32,000 nt of DNA from Luteolibacter ambystomatis (GTDB taxonomy: Bacteria; Verrucomicrobiota; Verrucomicrobiia; Verrucomicrobiales; Akkermansiaceae), in assembly GCF_018137965.1 (NCBI RefSeq), contig NZ_CP073100.1, positions 2,397,754 through 2,429,753 of the forward strand, in the 5' to 3' direction. Shown piece by piece: positions 9,425-16,654 of this stretch. Position 1 is the stretch's first letter; each line of letters opens with the position of its first letter. A program made the translations under genes and the position numbers. The notes below the pieces were generated by a model, which saw nothing but the letters and a program-made list of their open reading frames with translations, was not told the DNA's origin and did no database searches.

Positions 9425-10118
9425 TCAACCACGCCCCCGCACTCACCCACCTCTGAGCCCCGGAGGGGCGGCGGACGGTAGCCGGTGGCGCAAGCCACCG
9501 GACAACACCCGACCTCATTGACAAGTCCCGGAGGGACGACGCAACGCAGGCTCCCGACCTCCCTCCACTCCTCACGCCCCCGCACTCATCCACCTCTGAG
9601 CCCCGGAGGGGCGGCGGACGGTAGCCGGTGGCGCAAGCCACCGGACAACACCCGCCCTCATTGACAAGTCCCGGAGGGACGACGCAACGCAGGCTCCCGA
9701 CCTCCCTCCACTCTCTCACGCCCCCGCACTCACCCACCTCTGAGCCCCGGAGGGGCGACGAATGGTAGCCGGTGGCGCAAGCCACCGGACAACACCCGAC
9801 CTCATTGACAAGTCCCGGAGGGACGACGCAACGCAGGCTCCCGACCTCCCTCCACTCTCTCACGCCCCCGCACTCACCCACCTCTGAGCCCCGGAGGGGC
9901 GACGAATGGTAGCCGGTGGCGCAAGCCACCGGACAACACCCGACCTCATTGACAAGTCCCGGAGGGACGACGCAACGCAGGCTCCCGACCTCCCTCCACT
10001 CTCTCACGCCCCCGCACTCACCCACCTTTGAGCCCCGGAGGGGCGGCGGACGGTAGCCGGTGGCGCAACCGGACAACACCCGACCTCATTGACAAGTCCC
10101 GGAGGGACGACGCAACGT
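9425..10118. repeat. Tandem array of a 144-bp REP doublet (4 full units, a 5' partial unit and a 3' truncated unit)
   Basis: The unit start CTCTGAGCCCCGG recurs at 9451, 9594, 9738, 9882 and 10026, giving periods of 143/144/144/144. Each unit holds hairpin A (CCGGTGGCGCAAGCCACCGG) plus box B (GTCCCGGAGGGACGACGC). Only a few substitutions distinguish the units. The last unit has a deleted hairpin arm and ends 12 nt before the transposase ATG. Confidence 0.92.
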
Positions 10119-10129
10119 AGGCTCTCGTC

Positions 10130-10564
10130 ATGCCTTCCACCTATTCGTGCCTCCACGTTCATGTCATCTTCTCGACAAAAGATCGGGTACCGGTGATCGG
10201 CACGGCTTGGCGCGACCGCCTGCACTCCTTCCTGGGTTCCGTCATTCAAGAACGCGGGGCACAACCCGTCGCGATCGGAGGTGTGGCGGACCATGTCCAT
10301 CTCCTGATCGGCCTCAAACCCATACATGCACCTGCCGCGATCGTGCGTGAGTTGAAATCCGTATCCTCCAAATGGATCCGGGAAAACCGGTTGGCCCCGG
10401 CCTTCGGGTGGCAGGAAGGTTACGGTATTTTCAGCGTGGGACCATCCCAAGTGGATGCCGTGGTGAGATACATTGCGAACCAGGAAGAACATCACCGCAC
10501 GCATACCGCGGAGGAAGAGTTCCGGGCGTTCCTGAGAAAAGCCGGTTTGGTTTCTCCGTCATAA
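10130..10564 (+). CDS. IS200/IS605-family Y1 (HUH) transposase, REP-associated (RAYT-like)
   Basis: 144 aa. HUH motifs (LHVHVIFSTKDR and ADHVHLLIGL), WQEGYGIFSV, and a C-terminal Tyr region (VVRYIANQEEHHR). Flanked by a perfect 18-bp inverted repeat at 10096-10113 and 10576-10593. No tnpB is adjacent. Confidence 0.88.
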   Translation: MPSTYSCLHVHVIFSTKDRVPVIGTAWRDRLHSFLGSVIQERGAQPVAIGGVADHVHLLIGLKPIHAPAAIVRELKSVSSKWIRENRLAPAFGWQEGYGIFSVGPSQVDAVVRYIANQEEHHRTHTAEEEFRAFLRKAGLVSPS

Positions 10565-10575
10565 TCGCGGAAGTC

Positions 10576-10735
10576 GCGTCGTCCCTCCGGGACTCCATTC
10601 CATCGGCCTGTGCTCCGGTGGCTCCCGCCACCGGCTACCATCCGCCGCCCCTCCGGGGCTCTGAATCATCCTCCACCAACTACTACACTCTCCGTAGCTG
10701 CGTTCGCGGGAACGTGGGCGGGGCAAACCCGCCAT
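10576..10735. repeat. Right-flank REP module, inverted relative to the left array
   Basis: GCGTCGTCCCTCCGGGAC (reverse complement of box B) at 10576-10593. Hairpin CCGGTGGCTCCCGCCACCGG at 10615-10634, followed by CTACCATCCGCCGCCCCTCCGGGGCTCTGAATC (reverse complement of REP A). The tail motif matches 9274-9340. Confidence 0.8.
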
Positions 10736-10811
10736 CACCCTCGCACCTCCGGTCCCTCATTCACCCACCCTCTTCCTCTTCTCTGATCACTGCTGGCTGA
10801 TCTCCCGGCAC

Positions 10812-11219
10812 TCATCTCCGGTGATGCAGGAAATGCCCCGTCACCCGCGCCTTCGTCCAGCTCGCGATCTGATACGCCAGCGTCAGCGCGATCGCGGCCA
10901 TCCCCGCCATCACCGCGAACACCCGCATGTCCGCCCCCATGAGCCGGTTGCACACATAGAAAAACGCCACCGCGATCACCGCCGCCGCCACGCAGCCCAG
11001 TCCCTCCGCGATCATCCACTGCATCCGCGTCACGCACGGGCACACCTCGCTCTTCCGCCACTCCCGCACCCGCCCGCGCGCCCGCTCCATCCACTCCACC
11101 GTGAACTCGGCCTCATCCGCCTCCACGATTCCCGCCACCGCCTCCGGGGGCACCCCCAGCGCGGCCACGTATTGCTCCTTCACACTGCGGTCCTGATCGA
11201 CGGTATCACGAGGGTTCAT
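10812..11219 (-). CDS. Hypothetical membrane protein (soluble N-terminal half, two C-terminal TM helices)
   Basis: ATG at 11219 (MNPRDTVDQDRS...). The upstream part of the 228-aa tracked ORF is Arg/Gly/Ala junk. TM segments GLGCVAAAVIAVAFFYV and VFAVMAGMAAIALTLAY. Confidence 0.55.
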   Translation of the reverse strand: MNPRDTVDQDRSVKEQYVAALGVPPEAVAGIVEADEAEFTVEWMERARGRVREWRKSEVCPCVTRMQWMIAEGLGCVAAAVIAVAFFYVCNRLMGADMRVFAVMAGMAAIALTLAYQIASWTKARVTGHFLHHRR

Positions 11220-11383
11220 GGGTTTCTGGCGACAACGGGTTTGCAAGAGCTTCGGCCTGCCACACGGATGTGGCCTTCCAGCATCCCTCACGCTAGCAGT
11301 CCGTCCCATGAATGACAAGAAGACGGATGCTTCTCCCCCGGAAAAACGTTTATAACCGCACCTGGAAGACGGCGCGATGACAC

Positions 11384-11665
11384 TCACCCCAGCGGCGGCA
11401 GCGGCAGTCCCGCTTCCAGCACCTGCTCCAGCGCGTTCCACCCTTCCGGCGGCTTCACCTGCGCGCTCCACCACACGCCGCGGCGGTCCACCAGCCATTG
11501 CCGGCGCAGTTCCACCAGCACCGCCGCATCCTCCTCCACGCCGTACTCATAGCCGGCCTCCATGCTGCATGACGGGCAAACCTCATGCGTCACCACATCC
11601 ACGGCATCGAGCGCATCGATACCCGGATACCCACAGACCGGACAACCATGGGAACGAATCTTCAT
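11384..11665 (-). CDS. Small zinc-ribbon protein (CPVCGY...CPSC, resembles the Cys-rich CPCC type)
   Basis: 93 aa with an ATG start. Two CxxC pairs 22 residues apart, then an acidic GYEYG segment. Good coding bias. Confidence 0.6.
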   Translation of the reverse strand: MKIRSHGCPVCGYPGIDALDAVDVVTHEVCPSCSMEAGYEYGVEEDAAVLVELRRQWLVDRRGVWWSAQVKPPEGWNALEQVLEAGLPLPPLG

Positions 11666-11670
11666 CCGCC

Positions 11671-11689
11671 TTGTCTAACCATTAGACAA
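11671..11689. promoter_or_regulatory. Perfect palindrome TTGTCTAA-N3-TTAGACAA next to the start codon of the zinc-ribbon gene
   Basis: 8-bp arms with a 3-nt spacer, read directly. It begins 5 nt upstream of the ATG at 11665 on the minus strand. It could be an operator or a hairpin that occludes the RBS. Confidence 0.4.
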
Positions 11690-11788
11690 CTCATCCACCT
11701 CTGGCCAGACAAAATCGGTGAAGAAGTCGAAGGTCTGAAAGTCGAAAGTCTGAAGGTCCTCTTACGTCTGCCTGGTCCCGCTGCGTCG

Positions 11789-11928
11789 CCTTCGACCTTC
11801 GACCTTCGACCTTCGACCTTCGACCTTCGACCTTCGACCTTCGACCTTCGACCTTCGACCTTCGACCTTCGACCTTCGACCTTCGACCTTCGACCTTCGA
11901 CCTTCGACCTTCGACCTTCGACCTTCGA
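11789..11928. repeat. Perfect heptanucleotide microsatellite (CCTTCGA)x20
   Basis: I counted 20 uninterrupted units over 140 bp. Degenerate reverse-complement copies (GTCGAAGGTC, GTCGAAAGTC, TGAAGGTC) lie at 11718-11757. Confidence 0.97.
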
Positions 11929-11935
11929 CTTCTTC

Positions 11936-12133
11936 CTACCTCTTCTCATCCGGGCTGCGCCCGAAGGTGAAATCCCCGCTGGATGTCAGCTTGTCCCGCT
12001 CCTTTGCCGCCGGGTCGCTCCCCTTCGGCGGCACCGAAACATCCTTGTCACCGGGGAAGCCATCATTCGCCGCCTCATACGGACGCTGCGGCTCCGGCTC
12101 CCCCTCATACCAATAGGGATGGGCTGCGTTCAT
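11936..12133 (-). CDS. Possible small hypothetical protein (65 aa)
   Basis: ATG at 12133 (MNAAHPYWYEGEPEPQRPYEAANDGFPGDKD...) with reasonable G/C third-position bias. The stop lies 7 nt from the heptamer array. No family recognised. Confidence 0.3.
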   Translation of the reverse strand: MNAAHPYWYEGEPEPQRPYEAANDGFPGDKDVSVPPKGSDPAAKERDKLTSSGDFTFGRSPDEKR

Positions 12134-12475
12134 TTTGAAATCATCGCCCCATTTCCACCCGATTTCAAGGGATCGCCGCATGCCTCCTCCACAGCATCCC
12201 CGCACCATCGTGCGCCTTTCCTCCTCCCTCCGCCCGCCGCGCAAAATGCACCAATCCCGTGCGCCCTCCGCTGTTCCGCACCTGCCTCCGCACCCTCCCG
12301 GGATTCCTGAAATCCCTGCAACTCCCTGCTGCCAGCCATTCCCCGGACCTCACCGGCAGCCCGGCACACATCGTGCGACATCCCCGTTGATCCCGTGATG
12401 AAGGAAAGCCGCCCGGCCCACGTCGAATCAAACAGCTCCCCCCACCCGGAATCAAAACCTGAACCGCCCACCGCC

Positions 12476-12838
12476 ATGAAATCCCAATCCCGCCTCGGCA
12501 TCCCCTATGAAGGCGCGGTCCTCTCCATGGTCAACCACGACTGGATCCACATGGTCGCCTTCAATGGCTCCGACCTCTGCCTGCTGTGGACCAAGCACGG
12601 CGCGGACTGCGCCTACGCCCTGCGTCAGGTGGTGCGGCACTTCCACATCCACACCCTCTCGGACCTCGCCGAGTTCGACCGCTCCTGCCACGACACCTCC
12701 ACCGCCGGCCGCTCCATGAATGTCGGCCCGAAGGTGAAGTCCTTCTGGACCCAGTGCAGCCGCGAGCTCGCCATCACCGGCAATCTCCACAAGCTCTGCG
12801 AAATGGTCCAGATCGCCCTGCTCACCCGCGTGCCATAG
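12476..12838 (+). CDS. Hypothetical protein (120 aa)
   Basis: ATG at 12476 (MKSQSRLGIPYEG...). The upstream 27 codons of the tracked ORF are Pro/Ser-rich. Coding bias is good. No recognisable motif. Confidence 0.55.
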   Translation: MKSQSRLGIPYEGAVLSMVNHDWIHMVAFNGSDLCLLWTKHGADCAYALRQVVRHFHIHTLSDLAEFDRSCHDTSTAGRSMNVGPKVKSFWTQCSRELAITGNLHKLCEMVQIALLTRVP

Positions 12839-12992
12839 CCGCGTCTTCATGCTCCACGTAGCTGGAGTCGTATGACTCCAGGCGGGGCAGCCACCCGCAG
12901 TTGTCCGCACATCCGCTCATCTGTGGACACACAGCCCGTCCGCCTCGGGGAATCCGTCCAAATGAATCCGGACGTCCGATTCACTCCCGGCA

Positions 12993-13029
12993 TAAACAAA
13001 AGGAGCGGCGGTCCGAAGACCGCCGCTCC
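12993..13029 (-). terminator. Rho-independent terminator of the HTH gene
   Basis: Perfect 12-bp stem GGAGCGGCGGTC / GACCGCCGCTCC (13002-13013 and 13018-13029) with loop CGAA. On the minus strand it is followed by TTTTGTTTAT. It lies about 43 nt past the stop at 13072. Confidence 0.85.
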
Positions 13030-13071
13030 CGGTAAAGGATAAGGATATCCGATTGACTCGTAATCTCCGGA

Positions 13072-13413
13072 TCAGAGCTGCGCTTTCAGCTTCTGGAAGG
13101 TCGCCTCCAGCGCCGAGAGTTCCTTGCGGCGTTTCGCGATCTCCCGATCCAGCGAACCGAGTTTATCAAGCAGCTTCGCACGCGAGGCCGAGCCCGCCTC
13201 CGCGCCGCCCGCCTTGCGGCCCTTGGCCGGAGCCGGCGATCCGCTGCCCTTGATCCACGAGGAGATCGTCAGCGCGCTGATGCCGAATTTCTTCACCGCC
13301 GCAGCCACTCCGCCGCGACCTTTCGCCTGGTTCGCCTCCTGGACGAAATCCACGACTTTCTGTTTTTCCTCAGGAGTATAGCGTTTGCCCTTGGCTGATT
13401 TTTTTGCGCTCAT
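13072..13413 (-). CDS. Helix-turn-helix DNA-binding protein with a C-terminal coiled coil (IS3 OrfA / HTH_Tnp_1-like, stand-alone)
   Basis: 113 aa. YTPEEKQKVVDFVQEA...AAAVKKFGISALTISSWIK resembles the transposase-OrfA HTH. The C-terminus has a leucine-zipper-like segment (LLDKLGSLDREIAKRRKELSALEATFQKLKAQL). No OrfB follows, because the terminator comes next. Confidence 0.6.
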   Translation of the reverse strand: MSAKKSAKGKRYTPEEKQKVVDFVQEANQAKGRGGVAAAVKKFGISALTISSWIKGSGSPAPAKGRKAGGAEAGSASRAKLLDKLGSLDREIAKRRKELSALEATFQKLKAQL

Positions 13414-13844
13414 GAAGGACGAACCATACTTTCGTTTGTTAGGAAATCAAACAACGATTTACCAATAACGCGTAAATATACCCATAAAAACCCACTATTG
13501 ATAGTCGGCAGCCATCCGGAAATACAACCGGAGCCTCTTCCCGCCAGATGATGGAACCCGCCCCTTCCCCTGCCATGCGAGCTATCGAATCGGGAACTCA
13601 TTCCCAAAAGCACGCCCGCATGGAGAATGGGAACATCGCCATGAGGCTACAGATGACGACACCAAACCGGGATCCTTCCATCAACCATGCCATGAAGGCT
13701 CCGGTCATGCCCTCCATCCATCCGCGCCTCCGCGCCCATGTCATCCCCTTGATAAAAGATCGCATTACGATCATTGGTATGGACTGGCGGCCGTCCGCAC
13801 ACGTTCCCCTTGTCCGCCATGCCAATCTCCTCCCTGCCCCGGTC

Positions 13845-14249
13845 ATGAAGGCGTTTCTCTCCAGCATCCCCATCCTCATTCTTCTGATGGTGACACCCGC
13901 CTCCGCCGAGGAGAAAGCCCGGCCCGCCCCAGGACCGATGCCGGAAGAAGCCATCCGCGGCATTGCCATGATCCGCAAGATCGAGGGCCCTGTCGAGATG
14001 CCGGAGGAAACCCTGGAAGAACGCGCCCTCCGCATCAACCGACTCATCCGGAAGCTCGGCTATTCCGAAAAACAGCTCAAGGTCACCGTCGATCCATCCA
14101 TGGCGAAATCGAAAATAGGTTTCATCCGCATCAAGGATGCCCGTTTGATCCATGTATTCCAATACACCTTCGATGCACGGCGCATCACCATGAAGATCAC
14201 CACGGGCCGCATCAAGATCATCACGATGGATGGTGGCCCGGAAGAGTAA
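13845..14249 (+). CDS. Small secreted hypothetical protein
   Basis: ATG at 13845 gives the signal peptide MKAFLSSIPILILLMVTPASA. The region is AT-richer than the core genes. No family recognised. Confidence 0.5.
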   Translation: MKAFLSSIPILILLMVTPASAEEKARPAPGPMPEEAIRGIAMIRKIEGPVEMPEETLEERALRINRLIRKLGYSEKQLKVTVDPSMAKSKIGFIRIKDARLIHVFQYTFDARRITMKITTGRIKIITMDGGPEE

Positions 14250-14447
14250 TGCTGTGGAACATCCGCCTGCGCCGTCCCTCCGGGGCTTGGAGGCGGTGAT
14301 CGGCCGCATGGTCATTGATGAGGTATTTCCATCCGGGTCCCGCAGGGACGACGGAAGATAGCCGGTGGCGGTTCGGTTGAAAAGGTGATCCGGCCCGTGG
14401 AAACCGCGTTCTTGATTCCACCTCTCAGACATGTGAAATCGTCGCTC

Positions 14448-15038
14448 ATGAAATGGCTTCCAGCTCTCTTCGCATGCCTCGGGCTGCTCTCCTCCTGCGA
14501 CCAGGAAGAGGTCAAACCATTGCATACCAAGCCACGGGCGGAACGGAAAATGGAGGCGGAGCAGCGGGTCGGGGAAGCCGGAAAGGTGACCCCCGACAAT
14601 GCCTACGAGGGTGTGAAAAAAGCGGCGGCAAAGGATTGGCTTCTATCCCGCTATGAGAACCACAAGATGTTCATGGAACTTCATACTCTCAAAGAGAAGA
14701 TCAGGATGATTCAGAATCCGCCGGACGAATTGAAGTCGGGACTGAATGCGTCCGAGAACAAGCTCCATAAGATGATCGTCAATCTCCAACAGGGGCGGCA
14801 GAATCTAAACGACATGGCGAAGATTCAGGGGTCTTCCAAGGATTTGGAAACGGCTCTTCGGCTCGATGAGGAACTTACAGAATATGAGGACAATATCCTG
14901 ATTCTAGACGAAATCTCTGATCGGCTCCATGAGGGAACCCACACGCTGGTGGATGTCGATCGAATGGAGCAAGTGAAGAAGTTCATCGAGTCGCATAGAA
15001 CCCCTGTGGAGGTAGCCAGGTATCTGGCCACAGAGTAA
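14448..15038 (+). CDS. Coiled-coil lipoprotein, hypothetical
   Basis: MKWLPALFACLGLLSSC has a lipobox (LLSSC). An in-frame GTG at 14433 is an alternative start. The rest is a K/E/L-rich helical sequence with clearly lower GC than the flanks. Confidence 0.6.
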   Translation: MKWLPALFACLGLLSSCDQEEVKPLHTKPRAERKMEAEQRVGEAGKVTPDNAYEGVKKAAAKDWLLSRYENHKMFMELHTLKEKIRMIQNPPDELKSGLNASENKLHKMIVNLQQGRQNLNDMAKIQGSSKDLETALRLDEELTEYEDNILILDEISDRLHEGTHTLVDVDRMEQVKKFIESHRTPVEVARYLATE

Positions 15039-15713
15039 TCCGCCGCATTTCGGAGGCGATTTCAACCGCCCGGTTCGTCCATCCTTGCCGCGGTGGGGTG
15101 CCCACGTTGAGAACGTCGAATCGAGCCGCGCCGTCCACCGCATCGGCTCCAAACGGAAGCGCGGAGAATGGCCCTTTGTGGGGCCGGAAACGCCGCTCCA
15201 CTACCCGCCCTTTGCGCGAAACGGCTTCCCAGATCGTGATGTCCTCCGGCGCGCCAGGTCGTAGCGGTGAACGATCGAGGCACGCAGCCGCATCCTCGGC
15301 GACATCGGCCCGGAGCATATAGGCCATGCCGTAGGCCCGGGCCTGCCGTCCGGCCACGTCAGCCCCACGGCGCGTGCGTGGCGGTGCCGGGTGAACACGC
15401 GGCGATCCATCACCACGGTATCGTCATCCAGCTTCAACACATGAGTGGCCCCGTACCGTAGCGCCGTCTCCGCCAGCGTGCGGCAGATCCCGGCGGCGCA
15501 GTCGGTACCATTGAGATTGCCACGGCGCGGGAAGGTGGTGGTGACGAGGTCGATGCCCTCATGCATCAACCAGCCGCGCACATGGCCGGGGAGCGGGCTG
15601 GCGGCGTCCTCGCACACCACCGGCACCAATCCCGCACGGAGCGCGCCACGTACGGTCCATGGCAGCACGAGCGCGCCTCCGGCGTAGGTGAAGATGCAGG
15701 CGGGCAGGATCAT
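14983..15713 (-). pseudogene. GT-A fold (family-2-like) glycosyltransferase, apparently frameshifted
   Basis: The ATG at 15713 overlaps the upstream stop (ATGA). The N-terminal frame contains ...VVCEDAASPLP...RRGNLNGTDCAAGICRTLAETALRYGATHVLKLDDDTVV (DxD). After about codon 123 (around 15340-15360) the protein-like sequence continues in another frame (AGRQARAYGMAYMLRADVAEDAAACLDRSPL...), while the first frame degenerates into Arg/Pro/Ser junk. The 3' end is uncertain. Confidence 0.45.
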
Positions 15714-16654
15714 CCCCAGAATATCGGTCCTTGGTGCAGAGGGAATACATTGCGGTCCGTGTCCACGTAGGCCAGTGGCACGTAGTTCGTGGCGCCGGCC
15801 GATGCTGGAATCGCGGTTCCCCACAGCGGGCCGCGATGGCTTGCCACCTCTCCTGAGCCTGCGCTTGTCTCGGTGATTTCCACGAAGACGTAGCCATCGA
15901 GCGGGAGCGTGGGCCGGATCTCCACCACCATTTCGTAGGCCGCGCCACCATTGTAGGTATCCGCGCCATAGGTGGTGGATTGGTAAAGCCCGGAAGCCTC
16001 GTGGGTGGCCGTGGCATCGGCAGCCCGCACGGCCACGCCATCAGTGCCATCCCCGATCACGGCCGAACCGTCCGCATGGACCGTGATGGACCATGCGGCG
16101 TCCATGTCCCCGGTGTAGTGGTCACGATCCGCAGGAGTGAAGGATTGCACGGGCGCGGTGCCTGCCATCACGTAGAGATCCGCTGGCCGGAAATCCGGAA
16201 TCACATTGGCCTCGGGTTGTGCATCAAGCGTGAACCCGACGCTGCCGTTGTAGGTATCCGCGCCGTAGGTGGTGGACGGCATGGAGAAGCTGCCCACGGG
16301 CACGGTGGTGGTGGAAATGGTGCCGGCCGGAGCGGAGGCGATCACATCCGTATCGTCCGCAAGGTCCACGGAACCATCCACATGGAAGGTCATCGTGGCT
16401 CCTGGGAAAAGCTGGCCAACGAGGTCCGCGGCCGTGAATGCCCGGAAACAACCCGCTGGCACGTTGGTGCCGGGGGCGTTCGTGATCTTCACATTGCGGC
16501 CGCTGCCACCAACGAAGGAAACGCGCTCGGTGGGGCTGGCCTGCGTGGAGAGGTCCGCCACCAGGTAGCGGCCTCCGGTGCGTTGCCCGATGATCCACCC
16601 TCCCGTCACGGTCAGGTCGCCATCGCGGGTCATGATGACTTCAAACTGGTTCAT
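15710..16654 (-). CDS. Phage tail-fibre/host-recognition-like structural protein with an internal ~98-aa duplication
   Basis: The ATG at 16654 overlaps the upstream stop (ATGA). It starts MNQFEVIMTRDGDLTVTGG. STTYGADTYNG occurs twice, each preceded by H(V/A)DGS...D(D/G)TD. The composition is Thr/Gly/Ala/Asp-rich, beta-type. The family is unknown. Confidence 0.55.
   Translation of the reverse strand: MNQFEVIMTRDGDLTVTGGWIIGQRTGGRYLVADLSTQASPTERVSFVGGSGRNVKITNAPGTNVPAGCFRAFTAADLVGQLFPGATMTFHVDGSVDLADDTDVIASAPAGTISTTTVPVGSFSMPSTTYGADTYNGSVGFTLDAQPEANVIPDFRPADLYVMAGTAPVQSFTPADRDHYTGDMDAAWSITVHADGSAVIGDGTDGVAVRAADATATHEASGLYQSTTYGADTYNGGAAYEMVVEIRPTLPLDGYVFVEITETSAGSGEVASHRGPLWGTAIPASAGATNYVPLAYVDTDRNVFPLHQGPIFWG

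Noticed and set aside
9369-10079. 236-aa minus-strand ORF with a 48-aa repeating peptide (VREWREVGSLRCVVPPGLVNEVGCCPVACATGY...)
   Set aside because: It is an artefact of reading through the 144-bp REP array, whose period is a multiple of 3. The peptide is Cys/Gly/Arg/Pro-rich hairpin sequence, and the frame decays outside the array.
9425-10118. Possible CRISPR array
   Set aside because: The whole 144-bp unit repeats with no unique spacers between repeats. No cas genes are present. The units consist of the REP boxes that also flank the Y1 transposase.
11585-12310. 241-aa + ORF (PSTFDLR repeats) and the 95-aa minus ORF at 11662-11949 (KVEGRRS repeats)
   Set aside because: Both exist only because the heptamer tract lacks stop codons. 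A 7-nt period cycles through all three frames, which is incompatible with a selected repeat protein.
12855-12885. Hairpin CTGGAGTC-GTAT-GACTCCAG after the 12476-12838 gene, considered as a terminator
   Set aside because: The stem is only 8 bp and no U-tract follows (GCGGGGCAGCC). The evidence is not sufficient to call it.
13072-13413. IS3-family insertion sequence
   Set aside because: Only an OrfA-like HTH protein is present. A strong terminator follows it directly, there is no OrfB/DDE ORF, and no terminal inverted repeats were seen.
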